NCBI GenBank assembly: GCA_973895155.1 | Contig: OZ316893.1 | Location: forward strand, 20,712,857 to 20,776,856 | DNA from: Marsupella aquatica | Lineage: Eukaryota > Plantae > Marchantiophyta | Direction of reading: 5' to 3' | DNA length: 64,000 nucleotides | Shown here: one piece after another, positions 11,325 to 22,711 of the stretch | Layout of the letters: each line of letters begins with the position of its first letter | Numbering within the stretch: position 1 is the first letter of the stretch | Position numbers and translations under genes: made by a program | The notes under the pieces: model-generated | The model's database searches: none | Told to the model about the DNA's origin: nothing | The model's input: the letters and a program-made list of their open reading frames with translations, nothing else

Positions 11325-14300
11325 ATGGGGACCAGGAATTTCCCGTCCTTGTTGACTGCCCTGTTTCTTTGCACAACTCTGTCCTTTGTTTCCAATTCAA
11401 CGCCTGTAGGAGGGTATAAGCTGACTTCTGTCAGGCATTTCGCTGATGGGCGAGGTCTGGTCGCTTCTCTACAATCTGTCGGGAAAATTTTCGAAGATTA
11501 TGGCCCTGATATAGAGGAACTTCGGTTGACAATTCGGTATGTAGTGTACCCTTGTTTCTGATGTTTGGAAGCCCAATTCCATAAATGTATGCTTACGATC
11601 TTCTCAATTGGCTTTGTGAGGTACACTCGTTGAGATTTATTTGTTGTGGAGGCAAAGAACGTGGTTGACATGCTCTTGAGTTCTCGTGCACTTCTCATCC
11701 CTTCGGATTTGCAGTTACTAGAAAATCCACCGGCGAGGTTTTGTTCAATAGCACTCCCAGCTACTCGACTGATGGATTCCCTCTGTTCAATAGTATGGTT
11801 TTCAAGGACCAGTATTTGGAAATCTCGACCCAGCTTCAAAAGAATTCGGTTTTGTTTGGGTTAGGGGAGAGTACCCGACCTGAGGGCCTGCGTTTGGTGG
11901 AAGACAAAACTTATACACTCTGGGCCACGGATATTGGCTCCAATATTCCAGACGTTGATTTATACGGAGCTTATCCATTCTACATGGAGGTGAAGAATGG
12001 TGTTGCCCATGGCGTGCTGCTTCTAAATAGTAACGGAATGGACATTCTTTACACAGCTGATCACCTCACGTACCGTGTGATAGGTGGAATTTTCGACTTC
12101 TACTTTTTTGCGGGCACGACTCCTCTGGCAGTGGTAGACCAGTACACTGAGCTGACAGGCAGGCCTGCTGCAATGCCTTATTGGGCCCTCGGTATCTATT
12201 CGTTTCCTTCCCTGTGCTAACTAAATGTGGGAAGCGTTTACTTAATGCTAAGGCCTGGTCGATTGGGTTGCCTTAAACTTTAAATTGCCTCATCGTCCAT
12301 CTCTTTCACATCTGAATTTCGTCAACTTTTAAAGCTCACTCTAATATTAGTTTTTGGTATAGTCTGATCAAAATCAACTTGTCCTTTAGTAGAGCTACAG
12401 ACTATATACTCTCCAGTTAGCCTCCTATATTGGGGCCAGCTTTCTTGATTTTTGGCTGCCTGAATCTTGGCAGGTCTTGTACATTTTTGTTTCGAGGCCC
12501 AAATTGGGTCCCCGAGTTGCCCTGATTTCCTCGGGTGCTTAAGATTCCATTCATCTTTGCATCCGCTTTGGACTCTCATTCTCTCGCTTTCTCGTTCAAA
12601 GTGTGAGAAGGATCTTTCAAGAGTTCAAATGAAGGAATTTCTGCCCAAGGGAACCCAAGGGAACCCAATGGACCCGAAACAGAACACGATATCACTAAAA
12701 TATGCCAATAGATGTAGAGAAAGCCGGTAGCAAGTACAAAATGAGTGAATGAAGAGAATAACTAACCTCGGAGACCGCTAGATAGGGACCGAGATGAATT
12801 GATTTTGCTTATCGAGTCAGAAGCAAAAAAAGGAACCAGCGTTCAGGAAGAGAACGAAAATATAAACTGATTATATCAATTGAGGTACAGTAAGCACATA
12901 TAGATTAACAGTAAACACAAAACATCTGCCAAGATTTTGTAGCAAACGAGCTGTCGAACGATCTATTGAATAAGAACGGAGAACGAGTGCTTCTGCGTAT
13001 TTAGACGTAACATGTACCTTTTGTTGTCTGTTTTGCAAAAGCGCGTCTTTGAAAGTAATATGATTCGTTTCAATCTGGCTGATTGTTCTTACAGTGGCCG
13101 TTGATAGTATAAATGGTTTTTGATTGATTGATTGTTGGTGTTGGTTACCAGGGTTCCATCAATGCAGATGGGGGTACAAAAACGTTGAAGATTTAGAAGG
13201 TGTTGTGGCTGGTTATGCACAGGCCAATATTCCCCTTGAGGTCATGTGGTCCGACATAGACTACATGGATAACTTCAAGGACTTCACCCTGGACCTTGTG
13301 AACTACCCAGAGGAGAAGTTTCGAGAATTTGTGGACAATCTACACGGAAACGACCAAAAATACGTACTCATAGTTGACCCCGGTGAGTTCCCCTGATCGT
13401 CTCCATGTCATCCTTTTGCTTTCAGGTGTCTACTGTGAGCTCAGAGACAAGTACAGGGGGACAATTTGATAAACAGTGAAGTAGTGATTTTGAAGATGTC
13501 TTCTTGGTCTGTTCCAGCGTTCCTTCAGGGATGATTGACCGATTTCCTCTTAAGTTTCACCCCTTTCCACTGGTGCAGATATGATCTAAACCTAAATTTT
13601 TTTCGGGTTTACTTTGCTTCTTTCAGAAAGATTTGCAAGATAAAACAGTTGATGCTGCCCTTGCCATGCGAAATGATTAGATTCTATGGATAAGCGTCGT
13701 CAGAGGATTTCAAGGCGTTCATGTGATTGACCATAGCGGTCTAGCGGTCTAGCGGTCAATCCAAAAGGTTTACTAAGGGAACAAGTATAGCCAGGTGGAC
13801 TGTCAATCCAGAGATTCTAAGTGCTGTAGGCCTCTAAATGCAACCACCGCACTACAGAAAGGAGCTGTTTTTGAATTTGTGATAGTTTCTCTTCACACAT
13901 TCACATTCACAGTCGCACTTGCAGCATGTGGCTTGAGCATCACGCTTTTCATCTACTATGTATGTTAAGTCTTAGGGTCACGGATCCTTCCGTCCTCAAA
14001 GATGCACCTCTTGATACCTTGCACGATTTCAACGTTATGAAACTAATTTTCGGGCTTCCGAATTCATTTCAGCCAGAGAGGGGAAGGAACTTGCAATTGC
14101 TGTGACTGAATATGCCAGTCTGATCGAATATTTGTCAATGTTGCAGGCATTAAAGTTACTTCGAATTACACCCCATATCAGCGTCTGGTTGATATGGATG
14201 TGTATGTGAAGAACCAGTATGGCGATCCATTTCTTGCGCAGGTGTGGCCTGGACCTGTGTACTTTCCAGACTTTTTACATCCAGATATTCAAGAGTATTG

Positions 14301-15801
14301 GGGAGGTGAAATCAAACCATTTCACAAGAAAATTCCATTTGACGGAATCTGGTGTGACATGAACGAGGCTTCCAATTTTTGCATAGGACCAAGTTGCTAT
14401 GTGGATCCCCACAGCACATGCCCCTTGGAAGATTTCACCATCTGCTGCCTTGTTTGCAACAATACCCTGCCACTGTCTCCTTGGGACGACCCACCTTATA
14501 AAATCAACTGCTCTTATGGGGCAATCTATGGGAAGACAATTGCTTTGAGTGCCAAGCATTTCGGTGAAGTGAGGGAGTACGATGCTCACAACCTCTACGG
14601 ACTCTCAGAAGTCATCGTCACCAGTGAAACCATGACCAATTTGAGCGGGAGGCGACCATTCATTCTCTCCCGATCGACTTTTGTTGGATCAGGAGCATAT
14701 GCAGCACACTGGACCGGTGATAACCAGGCCACCTGGCCAGATTTGGCCTATTCCATCGTGAGCGTTCTCAACTCGGGCATAGTTGGAGTGCCAATGGTAG
14801 GAGCTGATATTTGTGGGTTCCAGTCCGACACATGGGAGGAGCTTTGCAATCGCTGGATTCAAGTGGGTGCATTCTACCCATTTGCAAGGGACCATTCCGA
14901 GAGGACCACCATTCGTCAGGAGCTGTATATCTGGGACTCCGTGGCCCAGAACGCCAGAGACTACCTTGGTGTTCGCTACCAGCTCCTTCCTTACTACTAC
15001 ACCTTACTCTTTGAAGCACATTCCATGGGCGCACCAGTAATTCGGCCCCTCTTCTTCGAGTTCACAGACGACCCGGTGACCCTTAACATCAATGCCCAGT
15101 TCCTCGTGGGAAGCTCCATCTTGGTGTCTCCGGTGCTGGCAGGTGGTGAAACCACCGTCAAAGCCTACTTTCCAAAGGGAGCTTGGTATAACCTCCTCAA
15201 CATGGCTCAAGTGATCAAAGTGATGAGCGTGGGGGAATTCCATGTCCTGCCTGCACCAATAGATGTCATCAACATCCATCTCCGTGAGGGGTCCATCATC
15301 CCCATGCAGGAGAAGGCCCTGACCACTACAGCTGCGAGGAAGTCTCCCTTCACTCTGATTGTTGCTTTCTCGCCAGAAGATTGCTTCACAAGCCATGCAA
15401 CAGGGCAACTGTTCTTGGATGATGGGGAAAGCATAGCGATGAAGGCCCAAGCAGAGCAAGGTACTCTGATTGAGTTCTCAGCCTTCAAGTCCCCAGCAGG
15501 GACTGGTCATCTACGTGCATCAGTCAGTGCCGGAGAATTTGCTCTGAGGGGAAAGCATATGCTCCAGAAAGTCAAAATACTGGGGCTTGGGGTAGTGATA
15601 TCGTCTGTGAAAATCAATGGAGTTTCCTTGCATCCGTCTTTGCTCCACATCTATGCCACACGACATTTTGTTGAGTTGTCTTCCCTCAGCCTTCCTCTCG
15701 GGAAGAGTTTTGAGCTGTCGTGGGAATGCAGTCGAGCTGCCTGCTCTTTGCCCAACTCGAATGTTACTTCAATTCCTTCGCTTGACCTTAGGTTAGCTTA
15801 G
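11325..15801 (+). CDS. Secreted glycoside hydrolase family 31 (alpha-xylosidase XYL1-like / alpha-glucosidase); exons ~11325-11536, ~11670/11722-12191, 13152-13382, 14147-15801
   Basis: Signal peptide [24 protein letters not shown]; motifs [20 protein letters not shown]|[15 protein letters not shown], nucleophile motif GIWCDMNE, acid/base motif [21 protein letters not shown]. The Cys-rich loop [17 protein letters not shown] resembles plant alpha-xylosidases. Introns 2 and 3 are GT-AG and in phase; the exon 2 acceptor is unclear. Confidence 0.92.
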
Positions 15802-18800
15802 GGGTTCTTCCACAGTCATCGAAAGCTTGGTTGAATTCAGCCATCAGGCTATCTAGTTGCGTTCGAGGTCCAGCGCTACGTCATTTTGTTTAATATCATA
15901 CAAAGTGTAATCATATAAGGCAACCTATCGTCTTTCGACGTCAAGCTTTCGTTCTAAAATGACATTGACCAATGGAAGCAATCTTCCTCAGACACTTGTT
16001 CAGAAGAGTGAGACAGGCGTCCTAGTTTTTTTGTTCCAAAGCCGATCCACTGGATTGAGGTCGAGTATTCGTCCACTAGCTCATTAATTTGAAGAAATAC
16101 AGGGAATCCAAAACTCTGACCCGCTCTAGATCTCTCTCTAGTCTGTGTAAGAGATGCTTGTCCAAACAAGAATATCCAGTCCTTTGTCATCCATACTGAC
16201 CCTTTCAATCCTTTATGTTGTACACTTGAGAATCCAGTGCTGGTTGCACACGTCACTTAAATTCCATTTCTGTGAACAAGATATGGTATTGAAGTAACAG
16301 AATAAGAACATTTTATTCTAGTGAATGGACATTATAATCAAACTATGTCCATTCTATCACATGAGTCCTTGAAAATGCATGTTTGGGTTTCATTCGTCCA
16401 CACTTGCTCTCTGTGATGTTTGCTTTTTGTTTACCATCGGCAAGACCTGGAATCTGACGACATGGGAATCAGACACCAAAAGTATCCTGATTTGCACTGC
16501 AGGGATGTTTCGTTTCGAAGCTTGCTGGGAGCCTTCGAACTAGTTGATAGTGTGCGTCTGCAGTTCACTGGAAACCGTAGAATTGCAGTCTTTCTGCTTT
16601 GTTTCCCACCTTTCTCCAAGCCATTCTTGTTAACTTTAGAACTTGAGGCCGAGGGTGTTTCACTATAAATAGTATCCGTTCCTGAATTTGTGGAGCAATA
16701 TGGAACCGGAAAGGAGAAGAATGAGAATGCAGTGCAGTGAAAAAGGGAGAAGGCTTGGACACTTCCTCCATTTATATGGTTAGTGGCGGTTTAAAGTATG
16801 ATTGCTGTATCGCTATGACCTGAATGTAAGACCTCGCTTTGTGGCTGTGAAAGTTTTGGATCCAGTAATCTAGATCACATCGGCCTCGTCCAATTAACGG
16901 TAACGGGTACGTCGACCCTCAGGACCTGCTGCGTAACCGTAATCGATGACGGACAGTGCAATACCTAACGCTCCGCCAGCCAACCCAGACCAAGGCTCAT
17001 GTGCCTAAATTGGAAGAGTGCTCCTCTAATTTCGACTTGGAATCTGCTGCAAACGCTCCTCTAAACGTCGACTGGACAAATGCCGTTTGACAATTGCGTG
17101 AGACCATAGGCCGTGTACTGTAAGACAATTTAAAGAGGGACAGATTCGCGTCTGGTTGTCGGTTGCCAAATTAGCCTGAGTGGCGACAATGATTGCATGC
17201 TGTTGTCTTGGAAGAAAGATAGACAACTGATCCAAATAGTTCATTTGCCCTGGACGACTGATCTCAGAAGTTCATTGCCTACCACTAGCCTGATTACTCG
17301 TTCCTTGAACGGATATAGAGATGAGATGAGGAGAGGAGACAAATAAACCTTGTAAAAAAAAAGATGCCCCCTTATTTCCTGTTCATCTTTGTCCCATCCA
17401 TGTTTTTTGTCTGCACCCTCACATTTTTGACCCCATCCCTGTTCACTAGAGTTCCGGTCTAGAGGCTTGGTCTAGAGGCTTCACTCTAGATAGTAGTAGG
17501 CCCTGTTCACTTAGAGTAGTTCCGGTCTAGAGGCTTCACTCTAGATAGTAGTAGGCCCAGGAAGTAGCTGTCATGTTGTCATATTCTGAGCGAGATGGAC
17601 AATGGGCTCTGCTGTCTTTTGCAACTAATGTACAATCCGATAGCAGAATCAAACGCAGGTCAAAATGGTTCAAACCAGGCTGTGAAATTGGGAGCACTAG
17701 AACTGATATGTATACAGTAACTGAAACTAGGCGACGAAATTGGACCCCAGCCGTGCGTACGAACGTAGATCTGAACCACCTTTTGCATCGGGAGAGCTAC
17801 GACAAAAACATTCGACGGTGAGTGGGATTGATTCCCTAGGCCCTGTAGTTGCCAGTTCACCGCAGAAATGTTTTTGCCAGTTCACCGCAGAAATGTTTCT
17901 GCGAGGGACTAGGGGAGAACACGTCCAAATGCACTGTTTCTCGACACGGGACACAATTGCTTGGAGCGGGTGAAGTGTCTGGTAAACTCAGCGATCCTTC
18001 CACGTCAACCCAACTTCGTTGCTCGTATTTTGAAGTGATTTGTTTGCGATTTTCAACAAATATGTTCTTCTTTGTTGTTTTCTAGTCTGGAATACGGATT
18101 TAAGAGGAGACGTTTGTACTGAGTGACTGGACACACCGAATTGGAACGATCTGTCCAATTTCTTATCACTCTGCTTTTCAAATAAGCGGCGACGATCGCT
18201 TGGACAGGAGTTCATTATCCCCTGCCACGAAACTGCCCACCTTGCTCTGCTCCCAACCACTTATTACCCCCCTTGACCTGCACTGTATATCAATATTTTT
18301 CTCGAGCTCCTGTGCGTCACAGCTAGGTCAATCCTTCAGTAGCGTTACGTTGGTAGCTGTGAATATTGCACTTCAGTGTCGGAACGATTTCTCGGCTGTG
18401 AAAAATGGCGGCGGTTTATGCATCGCGCTCTGCATTTCTGGCCTGTTTGCAGCTAATTGTAGGATTGCCTCTCTGGTTTTCAATCCTGGCGCGAGTGGAT
18501 GCTGTGAATGTGAGTCGAAGCGAGGAAGTTAGTACCCTTCTAAGTTTCAGGGATGCAAACATTGCTGTACTGGCGACTCTATACAATGGATATTGGATCA
18601 CCTGGAATGACGTTGATGACAATCCTTGCGCTTGGATTGGAGTCACGTGCACCCCTAACTTCACTGTTGAGGAGCTTAATTTTTCAGGATGGGGACTTTC
18701 CTTTAGGAGTATGGAAGCGTTGTATCGCCTCAGAGACCTGCGTCACTTGGATTTGTCATCCAACTCTCTCTCTTATCTTCCAGATGACATTGGTAATTTC

Positions 18801-21110
18801 ACTGGGCTCACCTGGCTTGATCTCTCACGGAACGGCTTCGCTCACGTGCCATTCAGTATCTCTGCGTGCACGAACCTGCGCTTCCTCGGCCTTGGGCAGA
18901 ATCAGATAATAGAGGTACCCCCTGGTACCCGCAATTTGGTGAACTTGCAATTTCTCAATCTTGCTGATAATCGGATACGTGGTCCCTTCCCTTTAACAGA
19001 GCTGAGAGAGTTGAGTGCTCTTGTCGGTTTAGATCTTTCTCGTAATTTCTTCACAGGTAGCATCCCCGCTCTTCCAAACTTAACCAATCTAGTTGGACTG
19101 AATCTCGACAACAACTTATTGACAGGGTTCGAAGAGCCTTGGTTCCTCGGTACAAAGAATCTGCAGCATCTGTCTGTCTCCAACAATGCGTTAGAGGGCT
19201 GGATTCCATCAAACATAACAAATTTTGCACATTTAGTGGTCCTTAACATGTCGGGCAACAACTTGTCTGGCACAATCCCCTCTGGATTTTCTGTATTTTT
19301 TAAACAGATGACTAATGGATTTTCGCTAGACTTGTCTCAAAATCAACTGACTGGCGAAATTCCTCCCGACATGCTTCAGCAAACCTATCCGAATGCTTGT
19401 TCCTCTGTGAATCTGTCACACAATCTCCTTACTGGCAACTTCCCGATTGATAGATACAGGCCCTTCTGCTTTTCAGTTCTTGACCTTAGTCACAATAATT
19501 TGAGTGGACCGATTCCCTCGATTACCTTCAGCCATCCCAACACCTCAGTGTCCGTTCTGTGGCTTCGTAACAACTACTTTGCTGGAGACATTATTGATGT
19601 TTTCTTTGGTCCTGGTTTTAAGAACACAAAAGAGGTGCGATTGGACAACAATCTTTTCACAGGGGACCTCTCAAGGATGGCAAATACCATTTTAGAAGTC
19701 GGACTGTTGAACTTAGTAGCGATTGACCTCAGTAACAACCGTCTTCAGTGGAGTATATCGGAAGCCGTTCCTCACCCAATTGTGGCTACGCTAGAGGTAC
19801 TCACCTCTAGTGCTGCTTTGAGAGAGTTTCGAGTTGGAGGGAACGATTTCTTTGGAACCTCTCTCCCGACTGACTGCTTTGACAGGACCAATGCCCTTCA
19901 ATTTTTAGACCTTAGCAATTGTCACCTGGACGGGAAGATATTGAGCAATGTGTTCAACAACACGTGCCTACCATCTCTTCAATCCTTAAACCTGTCCAAC
20001 AATTATATAAGTGGACCTGTTCCAGATGGCATCGTCACTAACACTGACGCGACTGGACCAGGTCTTCGCCTCGAAGTTCTTGACGTTTCGAACAACAATC
20101 TCTCTGGACCTCTTCCAAGTATACCACCTAGCAGTAGCCTGTATAATCCAATGTACTTTGCAGGCAATGGCGGCCTTTGTGGTCATCCATTACCGCCATG
20201 TTCCCAGCTGGCTACCAAGCAAGGAATCGGTTTGCAATGGTGGATGTTGTTGATCATAATTGGTGGATGTCTAGCAATAGCTCTGGGAAGTTGTTTGGCT
20301 GCTACTTGTCGATGGAGAGTGTACCAGAAACGACATCAACAGGATGCGGATTTGATCAGAACATTACTAGAAAGGGATTCTGCAGCATTGATATCCCTTC
20401 GAGAGCTGAGAAAAGCCACGGATAACTTTGCTGAGAGTGCACAGATTGGAGAGGGAGGCTTCGGGACTGTTTACACAGGCAAGCTCAATGACGGGACTGT
20501 TGTTGCCATCAAGAGAAGCAAGCGGGAGGGATCAGAAAAAGATAAAGAACAGTTCCTCAATGAGGTGAGGATTTTGTCCCAAGTTAATCACCGGCACCTT
20601 GTAAAGCTTCTTGGTTGTTGTATGGAGAACAAGACTGCGGTGCTTGTTTTTGAGTTTATTTCAAATGGCACACTCCAACAGCATCTTCAAGACAAGGTTG
20701 GGACGAGTTATCTGAGCTGGAAACAACGACTTACTATTGCGGTTCAAACAGCAGATGCTCTCAATTACCTTCATTCTGCAGCTACATCTCCAATCATCCA
20801 TAGAGATGTGAAGTCTGCCAATATTTTATTAGACGAAAATCTGGATGCTAAGGTGGCAGATTTTGGTATTTCGAAGTTGACTCCTCTTCATGCCACCCAT
20901 GTATCAACAGCTGCAGTCCAAGGTACCCTGGGCTACATTGATCCTGAGTACTACACCTCCTATAAGATAACTGATAAAAGTGACGTGTATGGCTTTGGGG
21001 TGGTTCTTCTCGAGTTGATATCGGCCAAACATGCCCTTGACTTTCGGAGGCATGGGGATGAAACAAGTCTGGTAAATTTGGCTCGTCCCGACATTGAGAG
21101 AGGAGATTTG
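15611..21110 (+). repeat. Segmental duplication, right copy (matches 1-5500)
   Basis: Same match as described for 1-5500. Confidence 0.97.
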
Positions 21111-21473
21111 GAAGAATTCATAGATCCTGTTCTTATCGAGACTTACCGAGACCCAATTCATCATGGGAAGGAGTCCATCATGAATGTTGGAAGATTGGCG
21201 ATGAAATGTTTGGACATGCGATCAAAAACTAGACCAAGCATGAATGAGGTGTTGAAAGAGCTTCAAGTCTTTTGGCTTGAGTACAGTGGCACATTCAAGA
21301 GTTTGGACTCTATCAATGAGGATGATAGTGAGGATTCGGAAAGTAACAATGCTCTCCACCTTTATAATGCCTTGTCTGCGAGCAGCTCCACGTTTTCCAT
21401 GCAAAGTGCCCAACAAAGTGATGGTAGTGGCATTGAGATGTCGAGCTCGTCTCCCTTTCCAACTGTTCGATGA
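18405..21473 (+). CDS. Intronless LRR receptor-like Ser/Thr kinase (1022 aa) with WAK/WAKL-type RD kinase domain
   Basis: Signal peptide; LRR N-cap (NPCAWIGVTC); many LxxLDLSxNxLxGxIP repeats; C-cap (FAGNGGLCGHPLPPC); TM (WWMLLIIIGGCLAIALGSCLAATC); kinase motifs GEGGFGTVY, VAIK, HRDVKSAN, DFG, GTLGYIDPEY, DVYGFGVVLLELI, RPSM. Confidence 0.96.
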   Translation: MAAVYASRSAFLACLQLIVGLPLWFSILARVDAVNVSRSEEVSTLLSFRDANIAVLATLYNGYWITWNDVDDNPCAWIGVTCTPNFTVEELNFSGWGLSFRSMEALYRLRDLRHLDLSSNSLSYLPDDIGNFTGLTWLDLSRNGFAHVPFSISACTNLRFLGLGQNQIIEVPPGTRNLVNLQFLNLADNRIRGPFPLTELRELSALVGLDLSRNFFTGSIPALPNLTNLVGLNLDNNLLTGFEEPWFLGTKNLQHLSVSNNALEGWIPSNITNFAHLVVLNMSGNNLSGTIPSGFSVFFKQMTNGFSLDLSQNQLTGEIPPDMLQQTYPNACSSVNLSHNLLTGNFPIDRYRPFCFSVLDLSHNNLSGPIPSITFSHPNTSVSVLWLRNNYFAGDIIDVFFGPGFKNTKEVRLDNNLFTGDLSRMANTILEVGLLNLVAIDLSNNRLQWSISEAVPHPIVATLEVLTSSAALREFRVGGNDFFGTSLPTDCFDRTNALQFLDLSNCHLDGKILSNVFNNTCLPSLQSLNLSNNYISGPVPDGIVTNTDATGPGLRLEVLDVSNNNLSGPLPSIPPSSSLYNPMYFAGNGGLCGHPLPPCSQLATKQGIGLQWWMLLIIIGGCLAIALGSCLAATCRWRVYQKRHQQDADLIRTLLERDSAALISLRELRKATDNFAESAQIGEGGFGTVYTGKLNDGTVVAIKRSKREGSEKDKEQFLNEVRILSQVNHRHLVKLLGCCMENKTAVLVFEFISNGTLQQHLQDKVGTSYLSWKQRLTIAVQTADALNYLHSAATSPIIHRDVKSANILLDENLDAKVADFGISKLTPLHATHVSTAAVQGTLGYIDPEYYTSYKITDKSDVYGFGVVLLELISAKHALDFRRHGDETSLVNLARPDIERGDLEEFIDPVLIETYRDPIHHGKESIMNVGRLAMKCLDMRSKTRPSMNEVLKELQVFWLEYSGTFKSLDSINEDDSEDSESNNALHLYNALSASSSTFSMQSAQQSDGSGIEMSSSSPFPTVR

Positions 21474-22711
21474 AGACACTTTTGGGTAGTACTATTGACA
21501 TCGAAGTTAGTTGTGTTCATGCCACTGACATAAAGACATTGAGTTTATTGTGCCAAAGCATACCATAGACCTTTGCCTCGTACTCATTCTGGACATGGCC
21601 TTCGGAAAGGAAACTCCGCATCAACAACCAATTGGCTTCAACTAAAGTGCGATTTTAGATGGAGTCCGTTTCCATGGCATCCTCACTGTTTTCAAGCCCT
21701 TCTAGCTCTTTAGAGCTTGAAGAACTCAGGTGTGAGAGCTCATTTTGGTAAGGAGTCACAACTTCCTACCTATTCTACATTCTGAGCGTTCCAACGTTGA
21801 AGGTAATATAATTATGACACCCAGCTTATTTGAATCTCAGAGTTTTGTCTCTCCTTCCAATTATTGGACAGAGAGGTACAAACAACTTTCTGCTATGACT
21901 ACGTTGTTCCTCTGGTCTTGGAAATATTTTAGATAATTTCGGAGTTTGTTTTCTTTGAGTTATGTAGAGAATTATGGATTACTTTTGTGTAAAGTTTGCC
22001 TTGTGAGTGGACCTCTTGGGTAGGCTGTTTCCCCTGCACTTGACATTTTAGGGTATCCAAACGTGGGCTGCAGGTGCTGCCAGAGAATGCGTGGTCGGTG
22101 TTGCTGACAGCTAATTCAATACGCGTGTCCCTGTTGGACATGAATTTCCGACCCTAGAGTGAAGCTCCAATGGAGAAAAGCAAGCAATACTCTTTTGATG
22201 GTCATCTAGGTGAGTCACAGCTTTCATGATGTGATACCGCAGTCCTTCAAGTGGATCGATACAAATTCGTTTGATGGCATGAACCTTTATTGAGGTGCTT
22301 GAAAGCTGCTCTCAAAAGTTGAATCCGTCCGAGTGCTGCGACAAAGTATGAACGCTGTGCACACTTCTTGAATGCTCCTCGCTAATGTTTTCAACCGATA
22401 CCTGCTTGACAAAATCTTGTCTCGAAAAAAAAAAATTCCATCAGTGTTCGGATTTTTCACTTCTACAACTTTTACAACATCAACATTTACAAAGCAACTT
22501 ACTCGAAGAAAAATGAAGGATTATAGCAGCGAGATGTGAGACACAGGGGAACCTGAGAGTGAAAAGTGGGGCTGTTGAATGAAAGCATTCACTGCCCAGG
22601 ATTTTGTCCATATAAAAATACCAGATTACCACATACTTCTGAGAAAACTAAACTCATCGATCATAAATCAGTGTCATGGCACGTATCCTCTACTCATTCT
22701 AAGGGAAGGTT

